Part shown: piece by piece, positions 9,572 to 19,025 of the stretch | Layout of the letters: the number at the start of each line of letters is the position of its first letter | Numbering within the stretch: the first letter of the stretch is position 1 | From: Myxococcales bacterium | GTDB lineage: Bacteria; Myxococcota_A; UBA9042; JABWCM01; BTVJ01 | NCBI GenBank assembly: GCA_045863395.1 | Contig: BTVJ01000096.1 | Span: 1 to 27,605, forward strand | Reading direction: 5' to 3' | Length of the DNA: 27,605 bases | Translations under genes and position numbers: made by a program | Notes under the pieces: generated by a model | Seen by the model: the letters and a program-made list of their open reading frames with translations, nothing else | What the model was told of the DNA's origin: nothing | Databases searched by the model: none

Positions 9572-11824
9572 ATGGGGACGAAGCGAGCCGTACCCGGAGA
9601 GCCGGGGGGCGTAACGAACGCGTGGCTGGCAGGGGCCACGAGCATGGGCCTGCTGCTGGGCGCCGGGCTCCTCCTGTGCTGGCTCCTCGGCCTCGACGCG
9701 GAGGTGCTCGGCTCCTCGTGGCGGAGCTCCGTCCTCCCCGTGACGGCGCTGCTCCTGCTCGCCATCACGGCCCTCGTGGCGGTCTGGCAGCGCAACCGCA
9801 AGGCGCAGTACCGGGCGCTCTTCCGCGCCGAGGCCGCACGCCGCCTGGGCGACGAGCGCTACCGGACCACGCTGATGAGCCTGGGTGACGGCGTGGTGAC
9901 CATCGATCCCCGCGGGAACGTGGAGCTGCTCAACCCGGAGGCCGAGGCGCTGACCGGGTGGACGGCGGAGGAGGCACGCGGTCGTCCCGCGCAGGAGGTG
10001 CTCCGCGTCGTGGATGAGACGACCGGGAGCACCGTGGAGCCCGATGTGCGCGCGCTCGTGAGCGCGGGCGGTGGGCGCCTTCCGGGTCAGGCGCTGCTCG
10101 TGTCGCGCTCTGGAGACAGGCACCCAGTCTCGACCACGGCCGCGCCGATCCTCGATGAGGAGCAGACTGTCCGTGGCTTCGTGCTCGTGTTTCACGACCA
10201 GACGGCGGACCGGACGGCGCAGGAGGCGCTGCGGCGCAGCGAGGCGGCGCTGCGGGAGTCTCAGCGGGTCGCGCGCATCGGGCACTACTCCCTGGACACT
10301 GTGGCCGGGACCTGGACCAGCTCCGAGGTGCTCTCGGCCATCTTCGGGATCGACGACGCCCAGCCGCGGGACCTGTCAGTGTGGGTGGGCCTGGTCGCCG
10401 ACGAGTGGAGGACCGAGATGGTGCGCTACTTCCAGGAGGACGTCCTCGGGGAGGGGCGCCAGTTCGACCGCGAGTACGTGATCGTGAGGCCCTCGGACGG
10501 TGCGCGGCGGTGGGTGCACGGGCTCGGGACCCTGCGCTACGAGGGGGGCGTCCCCGTCGAGATGTTCGGCACCATCCAGGACATCACGGAGCGCAAGGAC
10601 GCCGAGGCGGCGGCGCACGTGGACCGCCAGGCGGCCGAGCTGGAGCGCTCGAGCCTCGAGGAGCAGCTCCGGCAGGCCCAGAAGATGGAGAGCATCGGGC
10701 GCCTGGCCGGAGGCGTGGCCCACGACTTCAACAACCTGCTGTGCGTCATCGTGAGCTGCGCGGAGCTGGCCATGGAGTCGCAGCAGGACGACCAGGCCCG
10801 AGACGACCTTCAAGAGATCCTGCGCGCGGCGAAGCGGGGCGCGCAGCTCACGCGGCAGCTCCTCGCGTTCAGCCGTCGCCAGGTCCTGCAGCCGGTGCTC
10901 GTCGATCCCGGCCAGATCCTCAGCGAGATGGGGCCCATGCTGAGTCGCCTGCTCGGGGAGGACGTCGCCTTGACCGTGACCGCGGAGCCTGGGCTTCGGC
11001 CCGTGCTGGTCGATCCAGGGCAGATCGAGCAGGCGGTGATGAACCTGGCGGTGAACGCGCGCGACGCGATGCCAAGGGGCGGGAGCCTGACCATCCGGGC
11101 CGAGAGCGTCACGCTGGACGTGGCGGCGGCCCACCGGCTGTCGGGCTTGAGGCCGGGGCCGGCCGTCGTGATCCGCACGACGGACACGGGCTGCGGCATG
11201 GGCTCGGACGTCATGGGCCGCTTGTTCGAGCCGTTCTTCACCACCAAGGAGAGGGGCAAGGGCACGGGGCTCGGCCTCGCGACCGCCTACGGCATCGTCC
11301 GCCAGAGCGGTGGCGACATGCGGGTGACGAGCCGCGTGGGGGTCGGCAGCACCTTCGAGATCTTCCTGCCGTGCGCTACGGGGTCAGGGGAGTACCACGC
11401 TGCGCCCGCGGTCGTCGACGCCGCCGGTGGGACGGAGACGGTCCTGGTCGTGGAGGACGAGGAGGCCGTCCGCAGCCTCGTCACGCGCATCCTGGCCGCG
11501 GCGGGGTACAGCGCCATCGAGGCGGCCAGCGGAACAGAGGCCCTGGAGCTGGCCCGGACCCACCCGGTGGAGCTGCTCCTGACCGACGTCGTGATGCCCG
11601 GCATGGGGGGGCGCGAGCTCGCGAATCGCATGGCCGTCGTCCGCCCCGATGTCCCGGTGCTCTTCATGTCCGGCTACACCGACGACGCGCTGGTGCAGCA
11701 CGGCGCCCAGGAGCCCGGGACCCACCTCATCAGCAAGCCCTTCACCGCGGCGGAGCTCACCGCCCGGGTCCGCGCCGTCCTCGACGCCCACCAGGCCGCC
11801 GGAGGGGCGCGCGTCGCAGCCTGA
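9572..11824 (+). CDS. Membrane-bound PAS-PAS hybrid sensor histidine kinase with receiver domain (CckA-like)
   Basis: Two N-terminal TM helices; PAS (DGVVTID...[10 protein letters not shown]) and PAS/PAC ([10 protein letters not shown]); H-box [12 protein letters not shown]-box [33 protein letters not shown] domain VLVVEDE...LTDVVMP...SKPF. Confidence 0.95.
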   Translation: MGTKRAVPGEPGGVTNAWLAGATSMGLLLGAGLLLCWLLGLDAEVLGSSWRSSVLPVTALLLLAITALVAVWQRNRKAQYRALFRAEAARRLGDERYRTTLMSLGDGVVTIDPRGNVELLNPEAEALTGWTAEEARGRPAQEVLRVVDETTGSTVEPDVRALVSAGGGRLPGQALLVSRSGDRHPVSTTAAPILDEEQTVRGFVLVFHDQTADRTAQEALRRSEAALRESQRVARIGHYSLDTVAGTWTSSEVLSAIFGIDDAQPRDLSVWVGLVADEWRTEMVRYFQEDVLGEGRQFDREYVIVRPSDGARRWVHGLGTLRYEGGVPVEMFGTIQDITERKDAEAAAHVDRQAAELERSSLEEQLRQAQKMESIGRLAGGVAHDFNNLLCVIVSCAELAMESQQDDQARDDLQEILRAAKRGAQLTRQLLAFSRRQVLQPVLVDPGQILSEMGPMLSRLLGEDVALTVTAEPGLRPVLVDPGQIEQAVMNLAVNARDAMPRGGSLTIRAESVTLDVAAAHRLSGLRPGPAVVIRTTDTGCGMGSDVMGRLFEPFFTTKERGKGTGLGLATAYGIVRQSGGDMRVTSRVGVGSTFEIFLPCATGSGEYHAAPAVVDAAGGTETVLVVEDEEAVRSLVTRILAAAGYSAIEAASGTEALELARTHPVELLLTDVVMPGMGGRELANRMAVVRPDVPVLFMSGYTDDALVQHGAQEPGTHLISKPFTAAELTARVRAVLDAHQAAGGARVAA

Positions 11825-11851
11825 GAGGGAGCCGCCCGAGCCCCCAGAAGC

Positions 11852-11860
11852 TGCTATGAT
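11852..11860 (+). promoter_or_regulatory. Extended -10 promoter candidate for the CapK-like gene
   Basis: TGcTATGAT followed by GGAGG (11873-11877) and in-frame GTG at 11883. Confidence 0.5.
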
Positions 11861-11882
11861 GCGCGTCCGTGCGGAGGTGCCC

Positions 11883-13205
11883 GTGAACCTGCTCCCCTGG
11901 ACCCTGCGGCTGCGTGACGTCCTCAAGCGAGGCCCTGGCTACCACGTCTGGCGTCGCCGCCTGACCGCGTCGGCGCGGTGGACTGCGGCGGAGCTGGACC
12001 GTTTCAGGGTCACGCGGCTACGAGCCCTGCTCACCCAGGCAGCCCGCGCCCCCTACTACCGCGAGGTCTTCGCCGAGGTCGGCTTCGAGCCCGCGCGTCT
12101 CCAGAGCGTGGACGAGCTCACCCGGCTGCCGCTGTTGGACAAGGAGATCATCCGCGCCCGCCCCGGCGGCTTCGACACGAGGTGGCCGGTGCCGGGGCGC
12201 GTGACGTCGACCGGTGGCAGCTCCGGGCAGCCCCTCTCGTTCCGCCAGCCGGTGGACGCCCTCTGGGGGGAGGCGGCCTTCACCGACCATGTGCTCGCGG
12301 CGCACGGCTGGCGCCCCGGCGACCGGATGGCGGTGTTCCGCGGCGGGACCCTCGGCGTCCCTCGGGTGCGCGCAGGGGAGCGCCTCCACCTGTCGGGCTA
12401 CCACCTGGACGACGAGAGCCTGCGGGGGCACGCCCTGGCGCTGGCGGTGCACCGGCCGGCCTTCATCCACTGCTACCCGTCGCTCCTCGACCGCCTCGCG
12501 GCCTTCATGCTCCGGGAGGGGCTGCGGCTCCCCGGAGCGCCCCGCGCGGCCCTCTGTGCCTCCGAGGCGCTGCACGCGCACCAGCGGGAGCGGATCTTCG
12601 CTGCCCTCGGGTGCCCATGCATCGGCCACTACGGCATGAGCGAGCAGGTGGCGCTGGCCGTGGAGGACGGGGGCTGGTTCTTCCTGCCGCAGTACGGGGT
12701 CGTGGAGCTGGTTCCGGTCGGCGAGGGCCTCCACGAGATTGTCGGTACGGGCTTCCTCAACCGGGCCTTCCCCTTCGTTCGCTACCGAACCGGGGACCTC
12801 GTCGCGGACCCGGAGCCTGACTCCTACTCGTCCTTCGGCGTTCGGGGCCTGCGGGTGGGGCGCCTGGTCGGGCGCCGGCAGGAGGTGGTGGTCGCCCGCG
12901 ACGGCGCGCGCGTGCCCTTCAACCACATGGTGTTCAGCATCCACACGGGCTTCTGGGAGCAGGTCGCGACCTACCAGATGGTGCAGGATGCCCCGGGCCG
13001 CGTAGTGCTGCGCGTCGTGCCCCTGTCTGGCGGGCGTGACGGGCTCGCCTTTGCGATGCGCGCGGAGCTTGCCGCCCGCATCGGGCACCTGGTGGACGTC
13101 GAGGTAGAGGTGGTCGAGCAGATCGCCGCCGTGGGCCGCGGCAAGGCGCGGTGGTTCCGCGGGATCGACGAGCCGACGCCTGGTCCCCTCACGCCGGACG
13201 CATGA
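11883..13205 (+). CDS. Phenylacetate-CoA ligase-like / CapK-family adenylate-forming protein
   Basis: APYYRE, LPLLDKE, P-loop STGGSSGQP, YPS, HYGMSE, PFVRYRTGD, GR motifs; start GTG 11883 chosen from RBS and promoter (alternative ATG 11856). Confidence 0.85.
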   Translation: MNLLPWTLRLRDVLKRGPGYHVWRRRLTASARWTAAELDRFRVTRLRALLTQAARAPYYREVFAEVGFEPARLQSVDELTRLPLLDKEIIRARPGGFDTRWPVPGRVTSTGGSSGQPLSFRQPVDALWGEAAFTDHVLAAHGWRPGDRMAVFRGGTLGVPRVRAGERLHLSGYHLDDESLRGHALALAVHRPAFIHCYPSLLDRLAAFMLREGLRLPGAPRAALCASEALHAHQRERIFAALGCPCIGHYGMSEQVALAVEDGGWFFLPQYGVVELVPVGEGLHEIVGTGFLNRAFPFVRYRTGDLVADPEPDSYSSFGVRGLRVGRLVGRRQEVVVARDGARVPFNHMVFSIHTGFWEQVATYQMVQDAPGRVVLRVVPLSGGRDGLAFAMRAELAARIGHLVDVEVEVVEQIAAVGRGKARWFRGIDEPTPGPLTPDA

Positions 13206-14262
13206 CCTCGCGCCACAGGGCCTCGAGGGCCGCGAGGCCAGCCTCGACCGTCAGGTGGGCGCAGGCGTAGCGGTGCGCCTCGACGCTCATGCGCTCCCGA
13301 ACGGCAGCGTCGCGACAGAGCGCCTGCAGCGCACTGGCCAGCGCGGCCGGCTCCCGAGGGGGCACGAGGAGGCCCGTCTCACCGTGCCGGACCAGGTCCG
13401 GGATGGCGCCCACGGGCGTCGCGACCACGGGGACTCCGGCGGCCATGGCCTCGACGACCACCAGCGGGAAGCCCTCCCGCCAGCTCGGTAGCGCCAGGAC
13501 GTCGGCCCTCTCGTAGAAGGGGAGCACCGCATCCCGGGGGAGCGGGCCGTGCAGGGTGACGCGCCCGCCGAGGCCCAGCGCCCGAACCCGCTCGCGGAGC
13601 GGCCCCTCCACGTCGCTCCCGCCGCTGGTCGCCCAGGGCCCCACCATGTCCAGGTGCGCCGGGACGTGCGCCATGGCCTCCAGGAGCTCGAAGATCCCCT
13701 TGGCGGGCATCATGGCGCCGACGTACAGGACTCGGGGTGTGGCGTTGCGCGGCTGGGGGACCCGCTCGCGCCGCCGGGTGAAGTTGGGGAGCCACCGCAC
13801 GCGCGCCAGGCCCAGCTCGTCGCGCAGGAAGCGCTCCGTGTCCCGCGTGATGGAGACCACGGCCGCCGCGCGCCCGAGCGCATGGCGCAGGAGGGCGCGC
13901 TCCGGGGCCCGGCGTGCGCGGAAGCGCGCCGGGAGCTCCCCCGAGTGGACGTGGACCACCGCAGGCACTCGCAAGAGCGCCAGCTCCTCCACCATCACGG
14001 CGGTGCGCAGGAGCCCGAAGCCCGTGGTCGTGTTGATGTGCGCCACGTCGGCCCGCCCCACCACGGCCGCCAGCATCCGCAGGGAGGGCAGCAGGCGCTC
14101 GGGGGCGAGCACGCTCTCCTGCTCCATGCGCCCCGGCGGAGGGGCAGTGTTTACGAGGCGGACGTCCCACCGGGGGCGCACCGCCTCGAGGACCAGCTCC
14201 GACCAGGTGGCGATGCCCCCATGGGGCGGCGGCAGGGGAGTGACGAGCAGCAGCCGAGGCAT
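13189..14262 (-). CDS. GT4-family glycosyltransferase
   Basis: [12 protein letters not shown]...KG, ExxxxxxxE motif ([10 protein letters not shown]), [19 protein letters not shown]; overlaps the convergent CapK-like gene by 17 bp. Confidence 0.92.
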   Translation of the reverse strand: MPRLLLVTPLPPPHGGIATWSELVLEAVRPRWDVRLVNTAPPPGRMEQESVLAPERLLPSLRMLAAVVGRADVAHINTTTGFGLLRTAVMVEELALLRVPAVVHVHSGELPARFRARRAPERALLRHALGRAAAVVSITRDTERFLRDELGLARVRWLPNFTRRRERVPQPRNATPRVLYVGAMMPAKGIFELLEAMAHVPAHLDMVGPWATSGGSDVEGPLRERVRALGLGGRVTLHGPLPRDAVLPFYERADVLALPSWREGFPLVVVEAMAAGVPVVATPVGAIPDLVRHGETGLLVPPREPAALASALQALCRDAAVRERMSVEAHRYACAHLTVEAGLAALEALWREVMRPA

Positions 14263-14267
14263 GTCGC

Positions 14268-14297
14268 GTGCTACCACCCGCCCGGGGAGGGTGTCAA
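14268..14297 (-). promoter_or_regulatory. Sigma70-type promoter for the GT4 gene, probably leaderless
   Basis: TTGACA (14297-14292), 18 nt, then TAGCAC (14273-14268) preceded by TGn; ATG only 5 nt downstream and no SD. Confidence 0.5.
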
Positions 14298-14334
14298 CGG
14301 GCACCTGGCGGGTCGACGCGAGGGGCCGGTCCGG

Positions 14335-15285
14335 TCAGCCCTCGTCGAGCTGGAGATCCCGCGTCATCACCTGCACCGTCAGCGTGCCGAGCCGCACCCG
14401 CGCACCGCCCATACCATCGAGGCTGTCCACCCACCCTTGGTGGCCCGACAGGATGCCGCGGATGATGCGCACCCGCGCGTCCTCGGCGATGGTCCGCGGC
14501 GCGGTGGCCCGCAGCTCCTCTGCGCGCCGTCGTTCCGCGGCGAGCACGTCCACCAGCCCCAGGTGATCGTTGTCCTCACGCCAGGCGGCGAAGGCGTAGA
14601 GCGGCACCAGCGACTCGAGAGTCTCGGCCACGGCTGCGGTCAGGTCCGGCCCGGCCAGCAGCGGGTCCTCCCGGTCGAAGCGCCGCGCGACCAGGATCCA
14701 CTCGGTCTCCGGCTCGCCTCCGGCGCTCAGGGGCGCGAGGGCCTCGTCGTCCACCAGCTCCCCGGCGACCTCCGGCCCGCCCGCGCAGACGACGGCGCCC
14801 GGGACGGCCGCGATGATCGCGACCAGGGCAGCGCGCCCCTCCGCGGACGTGCACCGCGCGCCGAGGTTGCGCACATCGACCCAGGCGTTCCGATGGATGC
14901 GGAGCCCGACCTCGAGCCCCGCGAGATCCAGGCGCAGCCCGAGGATGGCGTGGAGGTGGTGCGGCGCCGGGTCCTCGACGACGCGGTGCAGGGGGTGCTC
15001 CTTGTCGATGAGCACGCTCAGGCGCTTCCTCTCCGCCTCCGGGCGGGCGAAGAACACCCACTGGGCGTCCACGCGCTTGTGGTTGAAGATGGTCGGGTGG
15101 TCGTGGGTGGCCTCCATGCCGAGGCCGAGGGCATCAACCCCCGCCACGCCAGCGGCGGCTCCGGCGAGCTGCTGGAGCTTCTCCCGCGCCCGCATCCTCT
15201 CCAGGTTGAAGCGGTTCGATGCCCACTTGTGCTCCTCGTAGGCGAGGAAGTCTGCCGGTCCGAACCCGCTGAATGCCGCTGCCAT
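14335..15285 (-). CDS. Hypothetical protein with a YktB/DUF1054-like N-terminal region and a C-terminal KOW motif
   Basis: AGGAGG RBS; N-terminus FSGFGPADF...EKLQQL...QWVFF; C-terminal ARVRIIRGILSGHQGWV resembles the NusG KOW consensus. Confidence 0.7.
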   Translation of the reverse strand: MAAAFSGFGPADFLAYEEHKWASNRFNLERMRAREKLQQLAGAAAGVAGVDALGLGMEATHDHPTIFNHKRVDAQWVFFARPEAERKRLSVLIDKEHPLHRVVEDPAPHHLHAILGLRLDLAGLEVGLRIHRNAWVDVRNLGARCTSAEGRAALVAIIAAVPGAVVCAGGPEVAGELVDDEALAPLSAGGEPETEWILVARRFDREDPLLAGPDLTAAVAETLESLVPLYAFAAWREDNDHLGLVDVLAAERRRAEELRATAPRTIAEDARVRIIRGILSGHQGWVDSLDGMGGARVRLGTLTVQVMTRDLQLDEG

Positions 15286-15336
15286 GGGCGCCTCCTCTCC
15301 GCTGCGGTGCCCGACAGGGACCGCACGGAGCGGCGC

Positions 15337-15365
15337 ATTCTAGGGGAAGGCGCGGGGCACGGCAA
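15337..15365 (-). promoter_or_regulatory. Sigma70-type promoter for the KOW-protein gene, inside the 3' end of the ABC gene
   Basis: TTGCCG (15365-15360), 17 nt, TAGAAT (15342-15337). Confidence 0.6.
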
Positions 15366-17115
15366 CCCGGGCAGCGCCCTCGAGCCGCGTCGCGTGCAGC
15401 CGCGCGTACCGCCCCCCCGCGGCAAGGAGCTCCGCGTGCGTCCCGCGCTCGACGACCTCCCCCTGATGAAGCACGAGGATCTCGTCTGCCTGCTGGATGG
15501 TCGACAGGCGGTGGGCGATGACCAGCACGGTCTTCAGCGACAGGATGCGCTCGATGGCTTGCTGGATGGCGGCCTCGCTCATGGAGTCGATGCTCGCCGT
15601 CGCCTCGTCGAGGATCAGCACGGGCGGGTCGTGGGCCATGGCGCGGGCGAAGGCCAGGAGCTGCGCCTGCCCGGAGCTCAGGTTGGCCCCTCGCTCCTTT
15701 ATCTGCGCATCGTACCCCCCTGGCAGGCGCTGGATGAGGTCGTGGGCCCCGACCAGGCGCGCCGCCGCCTCTGCCTTGGCCCGGTCGATGCGCGGGTTGC
15801 CCAGCGTGATGTTCTCCAGCACCGTCCCATCGAAGAGGAACACGTCCTGGTGGACCACTCCGACCACCTCACGCACCGCGGCCGGATCCAGCGACGACAG
15901 CTCCCGCCCGTCAATCACCACAGACCCCTCGTAGCCCGTCACCGTCCGCGTCAGGACCTTGCCGATGGTGGTCTTGCCGCTGCCGGTGGCGCCGACCAGC
16001 GCCGTGACCTGACCGGGGCGCATGGTGAAGCTCACCCCCTGGAGCACCGGGCGCGACGTGCGCGGGTAGGTGAATGAGACCCCCCGAAAAGCGATGGCCC
16101 CGTCACCCTTCTCGATCACGCTCCCCGCGGGCACCTCGGCGTGGGTGTCCAGGAGCCCGAAGACCCGGTCGAGGGCCGCGACCGCCCGCTGCAGCGTCGC
16201 GACCTTGCCGGACAGCTCTCGGATGGGCACGAAGATGCGCGAGATGTACTCGATGAACGCGACCAGGAGCCCGACGGTCAGCGCCCCGTCCAGGTGGCGC
16301 CCGCCGCCGTACCACAGCATCAGGGCGACGCAGATGGACGCGGCGCCGTCCATGATGGCGTAGAGGCTCGCCTCGTACCAGTTGGAGCGGCGGTAGGCGT
16401 CGAGGAACTCGTAGCTCATCTCCTTGAGCTCCTTGACGGACTTCTCCTCCCGCCCGAAGAGCTGCACCACCTTGACGCCCACCACGTTCTCGGCGAGGAA
16501 GCCGTTGGTCTTCGCCATGGAGCGGCGGATCACCTCGCTGTAGTGGCGCAGCCGCCGCCGGAAGAGGTCCACGACGCCGACCAGCACGGGGCTGATCGCG
16601 AAGGTCAGGAGCGTGAGCTTCACGTCCAGGAGCAGCATGGCGACCACGATGCCAGAGATGGCGAGGACGTCCGCGAAGATGGTGATGGCGCCGAGCAGCA
16701 GCACCTCGCCGAGGGCCTCGACGTCCGTGGTCGTCCGCGTGAGCAGCGCACCCGTCGGGCGCCGGTCGAAGAAGGCCGAGCTCTGGGCCATGACGTGGCG
16801 GTAGAGCGCGCGCCGCACGTCGGCCAGGGTGCGAAGGCCCGCGACGTTGAGCAGCCAGGTCTGGCCCCCCTGCAGCAGGTACTCGGCGAGGATGACGCCG
16901 AGCAGCGCGATGGCGACGCCGAGCAGCCCCTCGGCGTCCCCCACCGCGATGTGCTCGTCGATGCCCACCTTGAGCAGCCACGGCTGTGCGAGCCCAGCGA
17001 GGGCGCCGAGCGGCATGAGGACGAGCGCGGCGATGATCATGCGCCGATGCGGGCGCGCGAAGCCCCAGAAACGCGACCAGAGTGCCCAATCCGACAGCTT
17101 CGGCGTCTCAGCCAT
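15340..17115 (-). CDS. ABC exporter fused TMD-NBD subunit (MdlB/YheH-like)
   Basis: Multi-helix TM domain; Walker A GATGSGKTT; degenerate signature LSSGQAQ; Walker B LILDE; H-loop AHR. Confidence 0.93.
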   Translation of the reverse strand: MAETPKLSDWALWSRFWGFARPHRRMIIAALVLMPLGALAGLAQPWLLKVGIDEHIAVGDAEGLLGVAIALLGVILAEYLLQGGQTWLLNVAGLRTLADVRRALYRHVMAQSSAFFDRRPTGALLTRTTTDVEALGEVLLLGAITIFADVLAISGIVVAMLLLDVKLTLLTFAISPVLVGVVDLFRRRLRHYSEVIRRSMAKTNGFLAENVVGVKVVQLFGREEKSVKELKEMSYEFLDAYRRSNWYEASLYAIMDGAASICVALMLWYGGGRHLDGALTVGLLVAFIEYISRIFVPIRELSGKVATLQRAVAALDRVFGLLDTHAEVPAGSVIEKGDGAIAFRGVSFTYPRTSRPVLQGVSFTMRPGQVTALVGATGSGKTTIGKVLTRTVTGYEGSVVIDGRELSSLDPAAVREVVGVVHQDVFLFDGTVLENITLGNPRIDRAKAEAAARLVGAHDLIQRLPGGYDAQIKERGANLSSGQAQLLAFARAMAHDPPVLILDEATASIDSMSEAAIQQAIERILSLKTVLVIAHRLSTIQQADEILVLHQGEVVERGTHAELLAAGGRYARLHATRLEGAARVAVPRAFP

Positions 17116-18931
17116 GGGCGCCCCCCACTGCCTGGAGCTCCTCGTCCTCCTCCTCCTGCTGGTAGCGCCACGTGTCCGCGTAGAGGCCCGGGCGGGCGAC
17201 CAGCTCGTCGTGGGTCCCGCGCGCGACGACCCGCCCGTCGACCAGCACCAGCACCTTGTCGGCGTGCCGCAGCGCGCTGATGCGGTGGCTGACGATGACG
17301 GTGGTCACCCCGGCGGAGACCTCGCGGATGTTCGCGATGAGCTGCTCCTCCGTCGCGTGGTCCACCGCGGAGAGCACGTCGTCGAGCACCAGCACCCGGG
17401 GCTCCCGGTAGAAGGCCCGCGCCAGGGCCACGCGCTGTCGCTGGCCCCCGCTCAGCGTCACCCCGCGCTCGCCGACGACTGTCTGGAGCCCGTCGGCGAG
17501 CCGGGGAACCTCGTCGGCGAGGCAGGCGAGGCGCACCGCCCGCTCGACCCGCGCGTCGTCGATCTCCGCCGGCAGGTCCGTGAACCCCACGTTCTCCCGG
17601 ATGCTGCGCGAGAACAGGTACGCGTCCTGGGGCACGACCGTCACCGCCTCGCGCAGCGCCTCCCGCGGCCACGCGAGCACGTCGCGCCCCCCAATGCTCA
17701 CCGCCCCGATCGGCGGGTCCAGGAGCCGCACCAGCAGGTTGACCAGCGTGGTCTTGCCGGCGCCGGTCGGCCCGAAGATGCCCAGGGTCTGGCCCGGCTC
17801 CAGGCGGAAGCTGACGCCGTCGAGGACCGGTCCCGAGCGCCCCTGCTCCCCCGCGCGCAGCTCCTCCGGCCACTGGAAGGTCAGCCCCCGCGCCTCGATG
17901 CCAAGCGCCCCCAGGGGCGGCGCCGCCTCCTCGGGCCGCGGCGGCGGCGGCTCGGCCATCACCTCCTGGACGCGCGCCAGGCTCACCAGCCCCCGCTGGA
18001 TGGCGTTGATGACCCACCCGAGCGAGTTCAGGGCCGCGACGACGATGCTGACGTAGGCCGCCAGCGCCGCGATGTCTCCGATGGTCAGCGCCCCCTCCAC
18101 CGCCAGCCGCCCGCCGACCAGCAGCAGCAGGAACAGGCACCCGTTGCCCACGACCGCCACGATGGGCAGCGCGAAGGCGCGCAAGAAGGCCATGCCGATG
18201 GTGTTGTCCCGGTACGCCTCGTTGGCCGCGTCGAAGCGCGCGGCGAAGGTGCCCTGGGCGTTGAACGCCTGGATGACGGCGGCCCCGGAGTACGAGTCCA
18301 TGATGGTGTCGGACAGGCCCGCGAGCTGCTCCTGAGCCCTCTTGTAGCGCACGAGCAGGTGCCGGATGGACGCCCGCAGAATCACCGCAGCCACGGAGAA
18401 CGGCACGAGGCAGGCGAGCGTGAGCCCCGCGTGGATGCCTATCATCTTGCCGAGCACCAGCACGAGCGAGAGCGCCACGTTGAACACCTGCAGGCTGGCG
18501 AAGCCGATGACCGCCCGCACGGACTGCATGTCGTTGGTGGCGCGGCTGATCAGCTCCCCGGTGCGCCACCGCTGGAAGAAGGCGGGGGCCATGTCCAGCA
18601 GGTGCGCGAAGTAGTCGTTCTTCAGGCGGTACTCGACGGTGCGGCCCGGGTTGAAGAACAGCACCCGCGACAGGGTGCGCACCCCGATGATCGCGACGGC
18701 CAGCCCCAAGAGCAGCCCGACGTAGCCGAGCCAGTTGCCGCTGGGCTCGTCCGCGCTGATCGCGTCGATGGTGTGCTTGATGTACTCGGGGATCAGCACC
18801 CCGATGTAGTTGGTCGCGACCAGCGCCGCCACGCCCAGCGCATAGAGCGGCACGTACCGCAGGGCGTAGCGCCGGAGGAAGGCGGCGACGCCCTGCGCGC
18901 TGCGACCCGGTGCTGTGGGGTGGTCCGTCAC
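17108..18931 (-). CDS. ABC exporter fused TMD-NBD subunit (MdlA/YheI-like)
   Basis: GTG start ~18931; Walker A GPTGAGKTT; signature LSGGQRQR; Walker B VLVLDD with Asp replacing the catalytic Glu; SHR; 8-bp overlap with the partner gene. Confidence 0.92.
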   Translation of the reverse strand: MTDHPTAPGRSAQGVAAFLRRYALRYVPLYALGVAALVATNYIGVLIPEYIKHTIDAISADEPSGNWLGYVGLLLGLAVAIIGVRTLSRVLFFNPGRTVEYRLKNDYFAHLLDMAPAFFQRWRTGELISRATNDMQSVRAVIGFASLQVFNVALSLVLVLGKMIGIHAGLTLACLVPFSVAAVILRASIRHLLVRYKRAQEQLAGLSDTIMDSYSGAAVIQAFNAQGTFAARFDAANEAYRDNTIGMAFLRAFALPIVAVVGNGCLFLLLLVGGRLAVEGALTIGDIAALAAYVSIVVAALNSLGWVINAIQRGLVSLARVQEVMAEPPPPRPEEAAPPLGALGIEARGLTFQWPEELRAGEQGRSGPVLDGVSFRLEPGQTLGIFGPTGAGKTTLVNLLVRLLDPPIGAVSIGGRDVLAWPREALREAVTVVPQDAYLFSRSIRENVGFTDLPAEIDDARVERAVRLACLADEVPRLADGLQTVVGERGVTLSGGQRQRVALARAFYREPRVLVLDDVLSAVDHATEEQLIANIREVSAGVTTVIVSHRISALRHADKVLVLVDGRVVARGTHDELVARPGLYADTWRYQQEEEDEELQAVGGAHG

Positions 18932-18940
18932 GCGCGGCGG

Positions 18941-19016
18941 AGGATAGCCGGAGTGCCGCCCCTGCTCAAGTGCCGCCCCTCCCTCCCTTGCATCGGGCGG
19001 CGGGATTCGCCATCTT
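18941..19016. promoter_or_regulatory. Back-to-back divergent sigma70-like promoters for the ABC exporter and HelD-like genes
   Basis: Minus strand TTGAGC-N17-TATCCT (18969-18941); plus strand TTGCAT-N17-CATCTT (18988-19016); each ends 9 nt before its start codon. Confidence 0.5.
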
Positions 19017-19025
19017 CTCCGCCCC

